From a virus, in the IMG/VR virus record IMGVR_UViG_3300046170_000494, positions 1 through 64,000 of that record: DNA of 64,000 bases. The stretch is one strand, 5' to 3'. The position numbers were made by a program, and so were the translations under genes. The notes under the pieces are model-generated. The model was not told the origin of the DNA and ran no database searches. It saw only the letters and a program-made list of their open reading frames with translations. How positions within the stretch are numbered: the first letter of the stretch is position 1; each line of letters begins with the position of its first letter. Below are positions 49,072 to 59,275 of this stretch, piece after piece.

Positions 49072-49792
49072 TTTTTCATACGAGGACAAAGCTGAAGAGA
49101 TTGACATAGAGATTAAAAAAAGAAGAGGCAAGTGGTTTTTAGATTCTCTTGCTTGGTTCGACTTTGAAGATGTAGAGCAAATTATAAAAGCTCATATTTA
49201 TAAAAAATGGCACCAATGGGATCAACGAAGGTCTTTGAAGCCGTGGGTTAACAAAATTATAACTAATCAAATGAAAAACATCTTGCGCAATAACTATAGT
49301 AACTTCGTTAGACCTTGTTTGAATTGCCCATTTAACCAATCAGGTCCCGCTCAAGATGGTTGTAGTCATTCTCTATGCGGTTTCACAAAAAGCGGGCTGC
49401 AAGACTCGACTTGTCCATTGTACGCAAAATGGGAACGAACAAAAAAATCTGCTTATGGAATTAAAATGGCTTTAGCTTTAGAAAACCATAGCCACGAAGT
49501 TGGGCAAATGCAAGACGGAAGCTTTGATATACAACAGTGTCAGGATAAATTAAATGAGTATATGAAAAAAGATTTATCCGAAAAACAGTTTACCGTATAT
49601 AAATTACTTTTCATTGATCATAAAAGTGAAGAAGAGGTTGCTAAAAAAATGGGTTATAAGACTTCCGAAAAAGGGAGAAAAGCGGGATACAAGCAAATTA
49701 AAAATCTTAAAAAAATATTTAAACAAAAAGCGCAAGAAATACTTGAAAAAGAAGATATTATTCCGGTAAAAAGTGTGATGCTATGGAGTTAA
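49049..49792 (+). CDS. phage RNA polymerase sigma factor
   Basis: Region 2-like FEDVEQ...KPWVNKIITNQMKNILR; region 4-like LSEKQFTVYKLLFI..SEEEVAKKMG. Confidence 0.7.
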   Translation: MEDQQSDSFSYEDKAEEIDIEIKKRRGKWFLDSLAWFDFEDVEQIIKAHIYKKWHQWDQRRSLKPWVNKIITNQMKNILRNNYSNFVRPCLNCPFNQSGPAQDGCSHSLCGFTKSGLQDSTCPLYAKWERTKKSAYGIKMALALENHSHEVGQMQDGSFDIQQCQDKLNEYMKKDLSEKQFTVYKLLFIDHKSEEEVAKKMGYKTSEKGRKAGYKQIKNLKKIFKQKAQEILEKEDIIPVKSVMLWS

Positions 49793-50835
49793 CTGATTCT
49801 CAGAAACAATTAATAATAGAAAATTCAAAAAAGATCTCAGATCTTACGGAGCTAACTAGGCTTGCATTCCCTGATTGTGATAAAATTGATGGAAGAAGTA
49901 AGCAGGGAAGAGCTGTGAGGGCTTTCTTAGCTCAACAAGAAATTGAATACGAGACAAGGCATCCTGAGGTCAAGCCCCCTATAGATTTAACCTTAGAGCA
50001 AAAACAATTTATTGATAATTCTATTAACGAAGGAATGACCTGCATGCAGGTCGCTTCAGTTTTGTTTCCTAATATGCGGGTCACTCATACGACAAAAGAA
50101 TATCTGGCAGTATTTGAATATGTCGACGAAAATCAAAATTTAGAAACACCAGCCACAGAGAACGCGATAAATAAAAAATATTCTCCTCCTAAAGCCCCGA
50201 GTAAAATAATTAAAAAAATAAATGATTATTGCCAAAAAGAAATTCAAGAAGATAAACTTAGCGTAACAGAAAAAAAAGGTGTTGAGGCATTGGGGTCTTT
50301 TCTTGGTTCTCCTAGATTTGTTCAGGTTATTAATACGTACGACAGCCAAGCAGATAGAGATCTATTTGAAGCGGAATTTGTTCGCGCAACATGGGATAAG
50401 CCAGATTTAACTAGCGATGAAATTAATTTATATATTAATGTATGTATGGATTATATACATCTCAAAAATATTCAAAGCGCAATTAATAAATTAAACAGAA
50501 TGTTCGATGAGGCGGAAGATCAACAGGATTTAACTGTTAGATTAGCAGAGTTATTGAAAACAAAAAGCGAAGAATATAATCAATGCGAAAAAAGAATGGA
50601 ATCATTGATCCAAAAGCTTCAAGGAGATAGATCAAAAAGAATATCAAGCCATCAAAGGCAGAACGCAAACATTTTAGCTCTTGTTCAATTATTTCAAGAA
50701 GAGGAGGAAAGGAAAGTTATGGTCAAAATTGCACAATTACAGAAGAAGGCAGCAAAAGAAGAGGCTGACAACCTAGAGTCAATGCCTGATTGGAAAGCTA
50801 GAGTGTTAGGAATATCTAAAGAGGATGTAATATGA
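49783..50835 (+). CDS. conserved hypothetical protein (possible small terminase/packaging factor)
   Basis: Helical and coiled-coil rich; function suggested only by position upstream of terL. Confidence 0.45.
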   Translation: MELTDSQKQLIIENSKKISDLTELTRLAFPDCDKIDGRSKQGRAVRAFLAQQEIEYETRHPEVKPPIDLTLEQKQFIDNSINEGMTCMQVASVLFPNMRVTHTTKEYLAVFEYVDENQNLETPATENAINKKYSPPKAPSKIIKKINDYCQKEIQEDKLSVTEKKGVEALGSFLGSPRFVQVINTYDSQADRDLFEAEFVRATWDKPDLTSDEINLYINVCMDYIHLKNIQSAINKLNRMFDEAEDQQDLTVRLAELLKTKSEEYNQCEKRMESLIQKLQGDRSKRISSHQRQNANILALVQLFQEEEERKVMVKIAQLQKKAAKEEADNLESMPDWKARVLGISKEDVI

Positions 50836-51506
50836 ATATAAATTTAGAGGATCAAGTTTTTTCTAGCAATATAGTCGAAAAAAACGAAAGTAAATTTAAC
50901 GGCCTTAACGCTTTAGGTTTTGCTTGGAGGCCTGGTGAAGATCAATTCTCTATAAACATTAAATCTTGTACGATTGACGGAACAGGGGTTGCTGAAGGCT
51001 TAAAATTGTCTTTCTGCAGAAACGTAAAAGTCGTAGACTCTACCATTATTGGCGGATATGAAGATTGTGTCGATATGGTTCGCGGAGAAAATATAACTTT
51101 TGAAAATTGTACTTTTATAGCTAAAAATGGAACCAAGCAACATATAACCTGCAAAGGAGGCGCAAAAAATGTATCATTTAAAGACTGTAAATTCATAGGT
51201 TCTTTTAGGAATTGGTGGGATGGAGCTTGTATAGATTTGGGAAATTGGGGAGACTACGACGATGTAGTTAGACCTAAGGTTAGAAATATATCTATTACTA
51301 ATTGCTCAATGGAAAATGTTTCATTTCCAATTTTATACAGACGTTTATATTCAGAGACTCCAAAAGTCGAATCTTCTTTTGGTTTAGGTTTTCGTGTTCC
51401 AACCTTATTCGTGAAAACATTTTGGTTCCTACAGAGAAAAGAGTTAATTGGTAAACGTAGAAGATTTGCCGATGATCAGTTAAAAGTTTACGATTTTGAA
51501 TTATGA
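50832..51506 (+). CDS. right-handed beta-helix (pectin lyase-like) protein
   Basis: Repeated N(V/I).(F/V)..C.(F/I) strands; EDCVDMVRGENITF. Confidence 0.6.
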   Translation: MNINLEDQVFSSNIVEKNESKFNGLNALGFAWRPGEDQFSINIKSCTIDGTGVAEGLKLSFCRNVKVVDSTIIGGYEDCVDMVRGENITFENCTFIAKNGTKQHITCKGGAKNVSFKDCKFIGSFRNWWDGACIDLGNWGDYDDVVRPKVRNISITNCSMENVSFPILYRRLYSETPKVESSFGLGFRVPTLFVKTFWFLQRKELIGKRRRFADDQLKVYDFEL

Positions 51507-52417
51507 ACATATGTAAAATATGTGGTGCAGAATTTACTTCAGAAAGAAGCCTGCACGCTCATTTGAAAACTCATAAAATTATGCTTGCAGAATATTATAC
51601 CAAGTATTATCCAAGATATAATTTATATAATGGCGATCCTTTACCTTTTAAGAAGAAAGACGAATACTTCTCTAAAGACTTTTCTACTCATAGCCAATTA
51701 TTAAAATGGTGCGCAAGAGAACCAGCCGACATTGTAAAGCCGTATATTCTGGAATTATTAAAAAGAAGGATTGAGCAAAAACAATTAAATTTTGGCCCAT
51801 CATATTTAGAATTGAAATTACATGAATTACCAACTATAGAAATATACAAAAAACATTTTGGGTCGTATACAGCTGCTTGCAAGGAAGCTAATGTTAAGCC
51901 TATGTTTAGCTCTCCTTTACCTAAAGCATGGGAGAACAGAATTGAAGATGTCGAGATATTCATTGACACACGAGAACAGCAACCTCTAGCGTTTCCTAGA
52001 TCCCAGTCCCTGAAATTGGATTTTGGAGATTATGCTGTAGGGCAGGATCACTATGATTATACTTATGTAGATCGCAAAGGAGAGCAAGACTTTAAGTCTA
52101 CATTAAGTAAAAATAATTTAGATAGATTTGAGTATGAATTGCAAAGAACAAAAGAATTTGATAGTTATTTGTTTATTGTTACAGAAAGTCCAATTTGGCA
52201 AATAGAAAAAAATAATAGATGGGGCGCACATAAATCAAATTTAAAATATGTATATCATAACATGAGGGTACTTAATCATAAATTTTCAGGGCATTGCCAA
52301 TTTATATTTACGAAAAATAGAGAGCATAGTCAAAAAATTATTCCTAAGTTATTAGTATTAGGTAGAAAACTTTGGAATGTAGATTTGCAATATTACATAG
52401 ATAAGGATATTGTATAA
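51503..52417 (+). CDS. ERCC4/XPF-like nuclease with N-terminal C2H2 finger
   Basis: CKIC...HLKTH; IDTREQ, GDY, VDRK, RFEYELQR. Confidence 0.78.
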   Translation: MNICKICGAEFTSERSLHAHLKTHKIMLAEYYTKYYPRYNLYNGDPLPFKKKDEYFSKDFSTHSQLLKWCAREPADIVKPYILELLKRRIEQKQLNFGPSYLELKLHELPTIEIYKKHFGSYTAACKEANVKPMFSSPLPKAWENRIEDVEIFIDTREQQPLAFPRSQSLKLDFGDYAVGQDHYDYTYVDRKGEQDFKSTLSKNNLDRFEYELQRTKEFDSYLFIVTESPIWQIEKNNRWGAHKSNLKYVYHNMRVLNHKFSGHCQFIFTKNREHSQKIIPKLLVLGRKLWNVDLQYYIDKDIV

Positions 52418-54288
52418 TGGCTTGGGAAACGGGAAAACAGTTATCTAGAAAAAGCGAAGGGGACTTCAATGAAAAGCTTTTAAAAATTGAAGGTTTTTTA
52501 GAAGAGAAGGAAGCTAAGCTTTTACTTTATCAATTCCTAAGAGAAAACATTACGTTTACTGCAGATTTAGTTAGTGGAGTCAAGTTATTCCCTTTTCAGC
52601 ATATGGCGATCAAGGCTATGTTTGAAACTGATTATTTTATGGGAGTATGGTCTCGGGGAATGAGTAAATCATTTACTACTGCAATATATGCTTATCTCGA
52701 CGCGATATTAAATCAAGGTGTTGAGATTGGTATACTTTCTAAATCTTTTCGCCAAGCGAAAATGATATTTAAGAAAATTGAAGATATTGCATCGAAGCCT
52801 GGCGCTACATATTTGTCTCAATGCATAACCCATAAATCAAAAAGCAATGATGAGTGGTTGCTTGAAATTGGTTCTAGCCGCATAAGAGCTCTGCCGCTTG
52901 GTGATGGTGAAAAACTACGGGGTTTTCGTTTCCATAGAATTATTATCGACGAGTTTGCTCTTATGCCTGAAAGAATTTATAATGAGGTTATTATACCTTT
53001 CCTTAGTGTTGTTGAAAATCCGACGCAAAGAGAAGAGTTGTATAATTTAGAGACAGATTTGATAGATAAGGGAGAGATGACTGAAGATGACAGGCATATC
53101 TGGCCAAATAATAAATTGATCGCATTATCTTCTGCAAGTTATAAGTTTGAATATATGTATAAAGCATACGAACAATTTGAAGAGCTTATTATGAAGGGGG
53201 GAGACAAGCATTCTGATGCGCACAGGATCATTATGCAATTCAGTTACGACTGCGCTCCAAAACAGCTATATGACAAAAATTTGATAGAGCAAGCAAAGTC
53301 TACAATGAGCCAAAGTCAATTCGATAGAGAGTTTGGTTCTATATTTACAGATGACAGTAGCGGATATTTTAAAACTTCTAAAATGGCAGCATGCACTTTG
53401 CAAGATGGAGAGAGGCCTAATGTTGAAGTCTGTGGAGAAGTCGGAGAAAAGTATATACTGGCATTTGATCCGAGTTGGGCAGAGAGTGAGAGTAGTGACG
53501 ACTTTGCAATGATGGTATTAAAATTAAATGACGATAAAAAAATTGGCACTGTAGTTCATAGCTATGCATTATCTGGAACAAATTTAAAACAACATATATT
53601 TTATTTTTATTATTTACTAACTCATTTTAATATTGTATCTATTGTAGGAGATTATAATGGAGGAGTTCAGTTTATAAATGCATGCAATGAAAGTTCATTA
53701 TTTAAAAAGAATAAAATTAACATTGGATGTTTGAATACTAATTTTGATGATCTTGAACATTACCAACAAAAGCTTCTTGAAGGTAAAAGAGAATACAATC
53801 TTGAAACAAGGCATATTTGTTATTTAAGAAAGCCAACAAGCCAGTGGATAAGATTAGCTAATGAATTACTTCAAGCTAATTTTGATCACAGAAGGATATA
53901 TTTTGCATCTCGCGCAATCGACGATTCATATAACGAGCAAAGAAAAAAGAAAATACCAATACAAGATTTAAAATTTTTAAGAACTTCGCAAAGCTTAGAG
54001 AGGCAGACTAACGCTGCGAAGATGATTGATTTCGTAGAACATCAATTTGATATGATTAATTTAATTAAAGCTCAGTGCGCTTTAATTCAGATAACTACTT
54101 CAGCGGGAGGAACCCAAACCTTCGATCTACCTCCGAATTTAAAAAGGCAGACTGGCCCAGAAAAAGCAAGAAAAGATTCATATTCTGCATTAGTCCTTGG
54201 AAATTGGATGATTAAATTATATTATGATATGATGAATGTTCAAGTAAAAAATGTAAATTATACCTTTACTCCCATGTTTATAAACTGA
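52417..54288 (+). CDS. terL: terminase large subunit
   Basis: SRGMSKS Walker A, RGFR..IIIDEF Walker B, ALSSA, LAFDPS and RKDSYSAL nuclease aspartates. Confidence 0.9.
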   Translation: MAWETGKQLSRKSEGDFNEKLLKIEGFLEEKEAKLLLYQFLRENITFTADLVSGVKLFPFQHMAIKAMFETDYFMGVWSRGMSKSFTTAIYAYLDAILNQGVEIGILSKSFRQAKMIFKKIEDIASKPGATYLSQCITHKSKSNDEWLLEIGSSRIRALPLGDGEKLRGFRFHRIIIDEFALMPERIYNEVIIPFLSVVENPTQREELYNLETDLIDKGEMTEDDRHIWPNNKLIALSSASYKFEYMYKAYEQFEELIMKGGDKHSDAHRIIMQFSYDCAPKQLYDKNLIEQAKSTMSQSQFDREFGSIFTDDSSGYFKTSKMAACTLQDGERPNVEVCGEVGEKYILAFDPSWAESESSDDFAMMVLKLNDDKKIGTVVHSYALSGTNLKQHIFYFYYLLTHFNIVSIVGDYNGGVQFINACNESSLFKKNKINIGCLNTNFDDLEHYQQKLLEGKREYNLETRHICYLRKPTSQWIRLANELLQANFDHRRIYFASRAIDDSYNEQRKKKIPIQDLKFLRTSQSLERQTNAAKMIDFVEHQFDMINLIKAQCALIQITTSAGGTQTFDLPPNLKRQTGPEKARKDSYSALVLGNWMIKLYYDMMNVQVKNVNYTFTPMFIN

Positions 54289-54304
54289 GTGTAACACTTT
54301 GCAA

Positions 54305-55915
54305 ATGTCATTACCATATAAATATACAACAACATTCGATAATGTTATTATTGCTTCTAATGAGTTAGAACATTCTAATATTAGTGAGGCATCGCTTGAG
54401 TCATTAAGACCTTTAATTCCAAAAAATATAAATCTTGAAAGAAACATTGATTTATTAGGGGTAGCTTTTAATGCAGCGGTGGTAAATAAATTTAATAAAA
54501 ATGGAGACGGGATAGACAGTGAAACCGCAGTATCGGTTAAAGACTATTTCGTTCATAAACCAACGAACATAGAACACGATAGAGATAAAATCGTAGGACA
54601 TATTGTTTCTGCAGGTTTTTCTAGATATGGAGATTCTTCAGAATTAATGAATGACGATGAAGCTTTAATCGAAGATAAGGCTTATAATATAGCTCTTGCG
54701 GCAGTAGTTTATCGAACAGCCAGTAAAGAATTTGCAGACTTAGTTGAAAATTCTACAGATGAATCTAGCGATTATTTCCAGACTGTTTCTGCTAGCTGGG
54801 AAGTTGGGTTTAATGATTATGTAATATCTGTAGGTGGGGATGATTTATATGAATCTTCTATTATATCTGATCCAGATGAAGTCAAGGCTTACTCTCCATA
54901 TTTAAAATCTTTAGGAGGAAAAGGAATGCTGCAAGATGGCAGAAAGGTAAACCGATTGATTGTGGGAGATATTTATCCGCTAGGAATAGGTTTCACTTCT
55001 AACCCAGCTGCAGACGTAAAAGGTTTAGTTGCTGAAAACCGCAAAACCCAAGAGGAGAAGCCCAATAGAAACGAACCAATTGATAAGATCATTATTAAAA
55101 GCAAAAAAATTTCCCATTCTTCTGAAGAAAATGTACTAAACAAAGAACCCAATAATAATACTATTATGGATAAAGATCAAATAATTAACGAATTCCGAGC
55201 AGCTTTAGATGAAAAGCTTGGCAACCAAGATTTCTCTGAAGAAAGCGTCGCTAGCATTTCCAAAGTGTTTATCGAAGCTATTCGCGAGAAAGGCGAGCAG
55301 TATGTCGCCGATCTTGAAAAAGCTAAAGCTGAAAAAGAAGAGGCTGTTCAGGCTCAAAATTCTCTTCAAGAAAAAATGAATGAAGTAGAGAATCAACTTA
55401 ACGCAACCAAAGAAAAACTTTCCGCTCTTGAAGAAGAAAATTCTGCCAGAGAGGCAGAAGTAAGATTCAATGCAAGAATGGAAGCTCTTAATGAAGTTTA
55501 CGAACTTGACGAAGAGGATTCTAAAATTGTTGCATCTGAGCTTTCGGATCTCGACTCAACAGATGATAGCTTTGCAGCTTATCAAGAAAAATTGGCTAAA
55601 ATTTGGAAGCATAAGAATAAAGAAGTTATCGCTGCCGAACAAAAAGCTTTTGAAGATAAAGTAGCTCAAGAAGTTCAAAAAAGACTTTCTGAAGCTCAAG
55701 CTGATACAGAAGAAACTTCAGAAGAGGTTGTTGAAGTATCTGAGGCGTCAAGCACTGAAGAAACTGACGAAACCGATGAGGTTTCTGAGGCTTTGGAAAA
55801 TCTTGAAGTTGAAGAAGCTGCAGTTATAAACAATAATGAAAGTTCATCCGAAGGCGATTCTCTTAAAGAACGTTTCGCAAAAACTTTTAAACAATCAGTA
55901 AAAATTTCATACTAA
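54305..55915 (+). CDS. prohead protease/scaffold protein
   Basis: NIEH, SASWE, GIGFTSNPAAD protease-like motifs; long acidic coiled-coil C-terminal half; located between terL and capsid genes. Confidence 0.72.
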   Translation: MSLPYKYTTTFDNVIIASNELEHSNISEASLESLRPLIPKNINLERNIDLLGVAFNAAVVNKFNKNGDGIDSETAVSVKDYFVHKPTNIEHDRDKIVGHIVSAGFSRYGDSSELMNDDEALIEDKAYNIALAAVVYRTASKEFADLVENSTDESSDYFQTVSASWEVGFNDYVISVGGDDLYESSIISDPDEVKAYSPYLKSLGGKGMLQDGRKVNRLIVGDIYPLGIGFTSNPAADVKGLVAENRKTQEEKPNRNEPIDKIIIKSKKISHSSEENVLNKEPNNNTIMDKDQIINEFRAALDEKLGNQDFSEESVASISKVFIEAIREKGEQYVADLEKAKAEKEEAVQAQNSLQEKMNEVENQLNATKEKLSALEEENSAREAEVRFNARMEALNEVYELDEEDSKIVASELSDLDSTDDSFAAYQEKLAKIWKHKNKEVIAAEQKAFEDKVAQEVQKRLSEAQADTEETSEEVVEVSEASSTEETDETDEVSEALENLEVEEAAVINNNESSSEGDSLKERFAKTFKQSVKISY

Positions 55916-55933
55916 TACAGAAAGAAAAAAATT

Positions 55934-56557
55934 ATGGCAAAAAGAATACTACCATACCGAGACTACAGTGAACATGACGTTGTCAATTTGTTCGCCCTCA
56001 ATGTTAGCGGCAAAACTCTTTCGAGTTTTGTTTCTGGCGGAACTGGCGACTTTGACTCTGGCGTTGTTGTTTCTGTAAGCGCGGGAGCTCTACCTGGTGA
56101 GGTTTCCGAATTGCGTGCATCAACACCTGATAATCTTCGTGATTATTTAGGCGCTAGTTTTGATGGAGCGCATATTGGATTCAACGGATACCCCGCTAAT
56201 ACAGGTATGACTGTTGCTCCTGCTGCTGCTGGCGGTCGTGGACTTGGAATCACTCTTCGTGAGACCTTGGCTTTCGACGAGAATGGAGAAAAATTACTCT
56301 ATTATAAACAAAAACTTGACGAAGCTCAAGCAGTTCTTCCAGGTCAAACAGTTCCTGTTTTGACTCGAGGACTAGTTCTTCTTGCTGCTAGCGCAATTGA
56401 CGGAACTGCACCATCTGTTGGAGACGATCTTGAGATTAAATCTGGCGGTAAATTAGGAAAACAAAGTTCTGGCACAGTAGTAGGTTCTGTAATCGCTATT
56501 GGCGAAGAAAGCGATGATTCATCTGCAAAGAAATATCTCTGCAAAGTCAGCTTCTAA
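55934..56557 (+). CDS. capsid decoration/cement protein candidate
   Basis: Gly/Ala/Ser-rich; VPVLTRGLV..G.LG..VG.VI pattern; immediately upstream of the MCP. Confidence 0.6.
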   Translation: MAKRILPYRDYSEHDVVNLFALNVSGKTLSSFVSGGTGDFDSGVVVSVSAGALPGEVSELRASTPDNLRDYLGASFDGAHIGFNGYPANTGMTVAPAAAGGRGLGITLRETLAFDENGEKLLYYKQKLDEAQAVLPGQTVPVLTRGLVLLAASAIDGTAPSVGDDLEIKSGGKLGKQSSGTVVGSVIAIGEESDDSSAKKYLCKVSF

Positions 56558-56575
56558 GAAAGGAATTAAAAAATA

Positions 56576-57694
56576 ATGAAAATTACTTTAGAAAGAACAC
56601 CCGAGCAAGTCGAGCTTATCAAAGCTATGGCTTCGAAAAACAGAGACGTTGCTTACGAAGCTCAAACTGCTTTGGCTGAATTTATTGGTCCAGTCTTGGC
56701 AGAAGTTGTTAATGCAGCCCCTACAGTGAGTAATATGTTTACTTCTCTTCAGTTCAATAGTGATGAAAGCCCAAGTATTCCCTTGGATCTCTATCATGAC
56801 ATCACTGATGAAGACTATATTCAAGTTTGGAGTCAATCAGTCGCTGGCGGACTTCCTACTAATCAAGTTGCACCTTCACAAAGCGAGCTTAAGTTCACAA
56901 CTTATACTCTCGATAGTGCGTTGAGCTTCGATAAGCGTTATGCTTCTCGCTCAAGACTTGATGTTGTTAGTAAAACATTTACTCGCATGGCGCAAGAAGT
57001 CCTTCTTAAACAGGAAAAAACTTCTGCAACCATGATAATGACTGCATTAGCAAACGCCGAAACAAACGGAGAGAAACATGTTATCCGTTCTGCTCAAGCA
57101 AACCGTTTCTTGCTTTCAGATCTTAATAAGCTTTTCACAAAAGCGAAAAGAATTAATACTGCATGGACCGGAGGAACTCCTGCTGATCGCCGCGGACGCG
57201 GAATTACAGATCTTCTTGTTTCTCCTGAAATCGTAGAAGAAATTCGTGGCTTAGCTTACAATCCGATCAACACTAAAGGTGAAAACACTGATATTGCTGG
57301 AACAGACAGCATGCGTGATGCCATCTTTAATAGCGCTGGTATTCCTGAATTCTATGGCGTATCTATCCAAGAGTATAATGAAATGGGTGATGGTCAAAAA
57401 TGGAATACTACATTTGACGTTGCTGCAGATGACACTCCTTATGATGACCACTATGCTGTTGCGGCAAGTAAATCAACATTTGATGGTGCTTCTGAGCAAG
57501 TTCTTGTTGGTGTAGACCTTAGTCGTGAATCTATGATTCGTGCAGTCGCTACAGATTCCGAGTCCGGAGACGAGTTTTCTCTCGTAGCCGACGATCAATT
57601 CGTAACTCGTCAGTCTAAGATTGGTTATTATGGTTCTCTTGAAGAAGGCCGTATGATCATCGATGATCGCGTGTTGCTTGGTCTTATCGTTTAA
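56576..57694 (+). CDS. major capsid protein (HK97 fold, by position and size)
   Basis: 372 aa, highly biased codon usage, follows protease/scaffold and decoration genes, ends at a strong terminator. Confidence 0.8.
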   Translation: MKITLERTPEQVELIKAMASKNRDVAYEAQTALAEFIGPVLAEVVNAAPTVSNMFTSLQFNSDESPSIPLDLYHDITDEDYIQVWSQSVAGGLPTNQVAPSQSELKFTTYTLDSALSFDKRYASRSRLDVVSKTFTRMAQEVLLKQEKTSATMIMTALANAETNGEKHVIRSAQANRFLLSDLNKLFTKAKRINTAWTGGTPADRRGRGITDLLVSPEIVEEIRGLAYNPINTKGENTDIAGTDSMRDAIFNSAGIPEFYGVSIQEYNEMGDGQKWNTTFDVAADDTPYDDHYAVAASKSTFDGASEQVLVGVDLSRESMIRAVATDSESGDEFSLVADDQFVTRQSKIGYYGSLEEGRMIIDDRVLLGLIV

Positions 57695-57723
57695 TTTTAA
57701 CTAAAATTAACGTTTTATAAAAG

Positions 57724-57753
57724 TCCACCTCAGGCAACTGGGGTGGATTTTTT
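57724..57753 (+). terminator. intrinsic terminator after the capsid gene
   Basis: TCCACCTCAG-GCAA-CTGGGGTGGA followed by T6. Confidence 0.9.
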
Positions 57754-57808
57754 ATTTAATTTATTTATAATAAATGTGTATTAATACATAAAGGTAAAAG
57801 GTAAAATT

Positions 57809-58739
57809 ATGGCAAATAAAAAAACAACATCGAGCAAGTCTAGCGCTTCTAAAAAAACGAAGGCAAAAAAACTTGAAGATTTACAACAAACTAATGGTAA
57901 AACATATGAAGATCAAGTTTCTAGAGCTAGAGAACTAGAAGAAGTTCTTGGTATTCCTAAAATTAACCCATTCAAAACAAATGATAAAAGAGTATTTGAA
58001 GAAATGCTCAAAGATATGAATTTAACTGACCTTCAAGCTTTTGCGGTTAAAGTTGGAGTTTTTCCTTCGGGAAACAAAACAGTATTAAAGAATAAAATAA
58101 AAAGAGCGTTTGATTCAAGCTTATATGGTAAAGGTAGTGTGCAAATCATGGGAGAGCCTCAAAAATTAGATCCAAAAAATCCTAAGCATAAGTCAGTAAT
58201 TGATTATTTAAATAACTAAAATGGCACACGATTTATTTCCAGATACAAATTTAGGAAAACTTGCGGTAGATATATATGATCAAGAAATTGGTTTTCATGA
58301 ACATGGAGAATCTAGGAATAAAGAAATTGGGTTGATTTCCGGTTGGCTAGAAGGTCATTTGGGAGAACTGAATAATTTAATATTTACTTCTTTTAGTGGT
58401 CAAGATCCTAGCAGTTTTGGTTTAGAGGAACAAGCGATTATCAGGGAAATGTATTTATCTGAATACAACAGAAAAGCTCATAGAAGAGTATTAAGAGGTA
58501 TTGATGGAAGCGATGGAAGCCCTGATTTCAGGATGATCAAAGAAGGAGATTCTGTCATTCAAAGATCAGACAAAAATGCTACAGCCAAAAATTATCACCA
58601 AGCTTACCTTGCTTCCCAAGAAAGAGTCAAAGAGCTTGTGCATGCTTATAATTTATATGGAGCGAAGCCTAATCAAGTTCATGGCAAAGACGCTTCGACA
58701 ACAGGTGTTCATCCAGAAATTGATGGATATTATATGTAG
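57809..58739 (+). CDS. two head-region proteins (57809-58219, 58221-58739; the latter possibly a head-tail connector)
   Basis: Position downstream of the MCP. Confidence 0.5.
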
Positions 58740-58745
58740 TTTTAA

Positions 58746-58750
58746 GTGTA
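58746..58750 (+). promoter_or_regulatory. putative phage late promoter GTGTA-N9-ATG
   Basis: 9 nt before ATG 58760. Confidence 0.55.
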
Positions 58751-58759
58751 ATAAATATT

Positions 58760-59275
58760 ATGAGCGAATCAAACGCAGAAACAAATTATAATAATAAAAT
58801 CATTAAGTCTGAGCTTTATAACCTTTGGAAAAAAGCTCGAATAATGTACGATATGGTAAAAGATGATACTGATTTAGAGGATTGGCAAAAGAAAAATATT
58901 CAAGATGCTCATGATTTACTAAATAAATCATTGATGTATACAGAGTATCATGAAATGTTTCCAAATAAAACAGAAGAGATGGTTGAAAGTGAAAACGATA
59001 AAAATAATTTCCTTTCTAATCAGGATAAAAGATACCCAACTCCAGCAGCGCAAGAAAGCGGAGATCAATTTATTACAAGATGCATTTTAGATGCGAATAT
59101 GAAAAAAAGATACCCTGTTCAAGGAGATAGATTTTCTGCTTGTATGGTTATATTTAACGAAAATAAAAATAAAGTTAGCGAAGATTTGCATAATAATCCC
59201 GGAGAAAAATTTGAAGACCCTATGGAAACAAAAGATCCTGAGATTAAAGATCCTGTTAAGCCCATACTTCCTTAA
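58760..59275 (+). CDS. two-domain hypothetical protein
   Basis: N-terminal K..LY...DDTDLEDWQ..I..A domain; C-terminal PTP...E....FITRC...Y....R...C domain. Confidence 0.6.
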   Translation: MSESNAETNYNNKIIKSELYNLWKKARIMYDMVKDDTDLEDWQKKNIQDAHDLLNKSLMYTEYHEMFPNKTEEMVESENDKNNFLSNQDKRYPTPAAQESGDQFITRCILDANMKKRYPVQGDRFSACMVIFNENKNKVSEDLHNNPGEKFEDPMETKDPEIKDPVKPILP

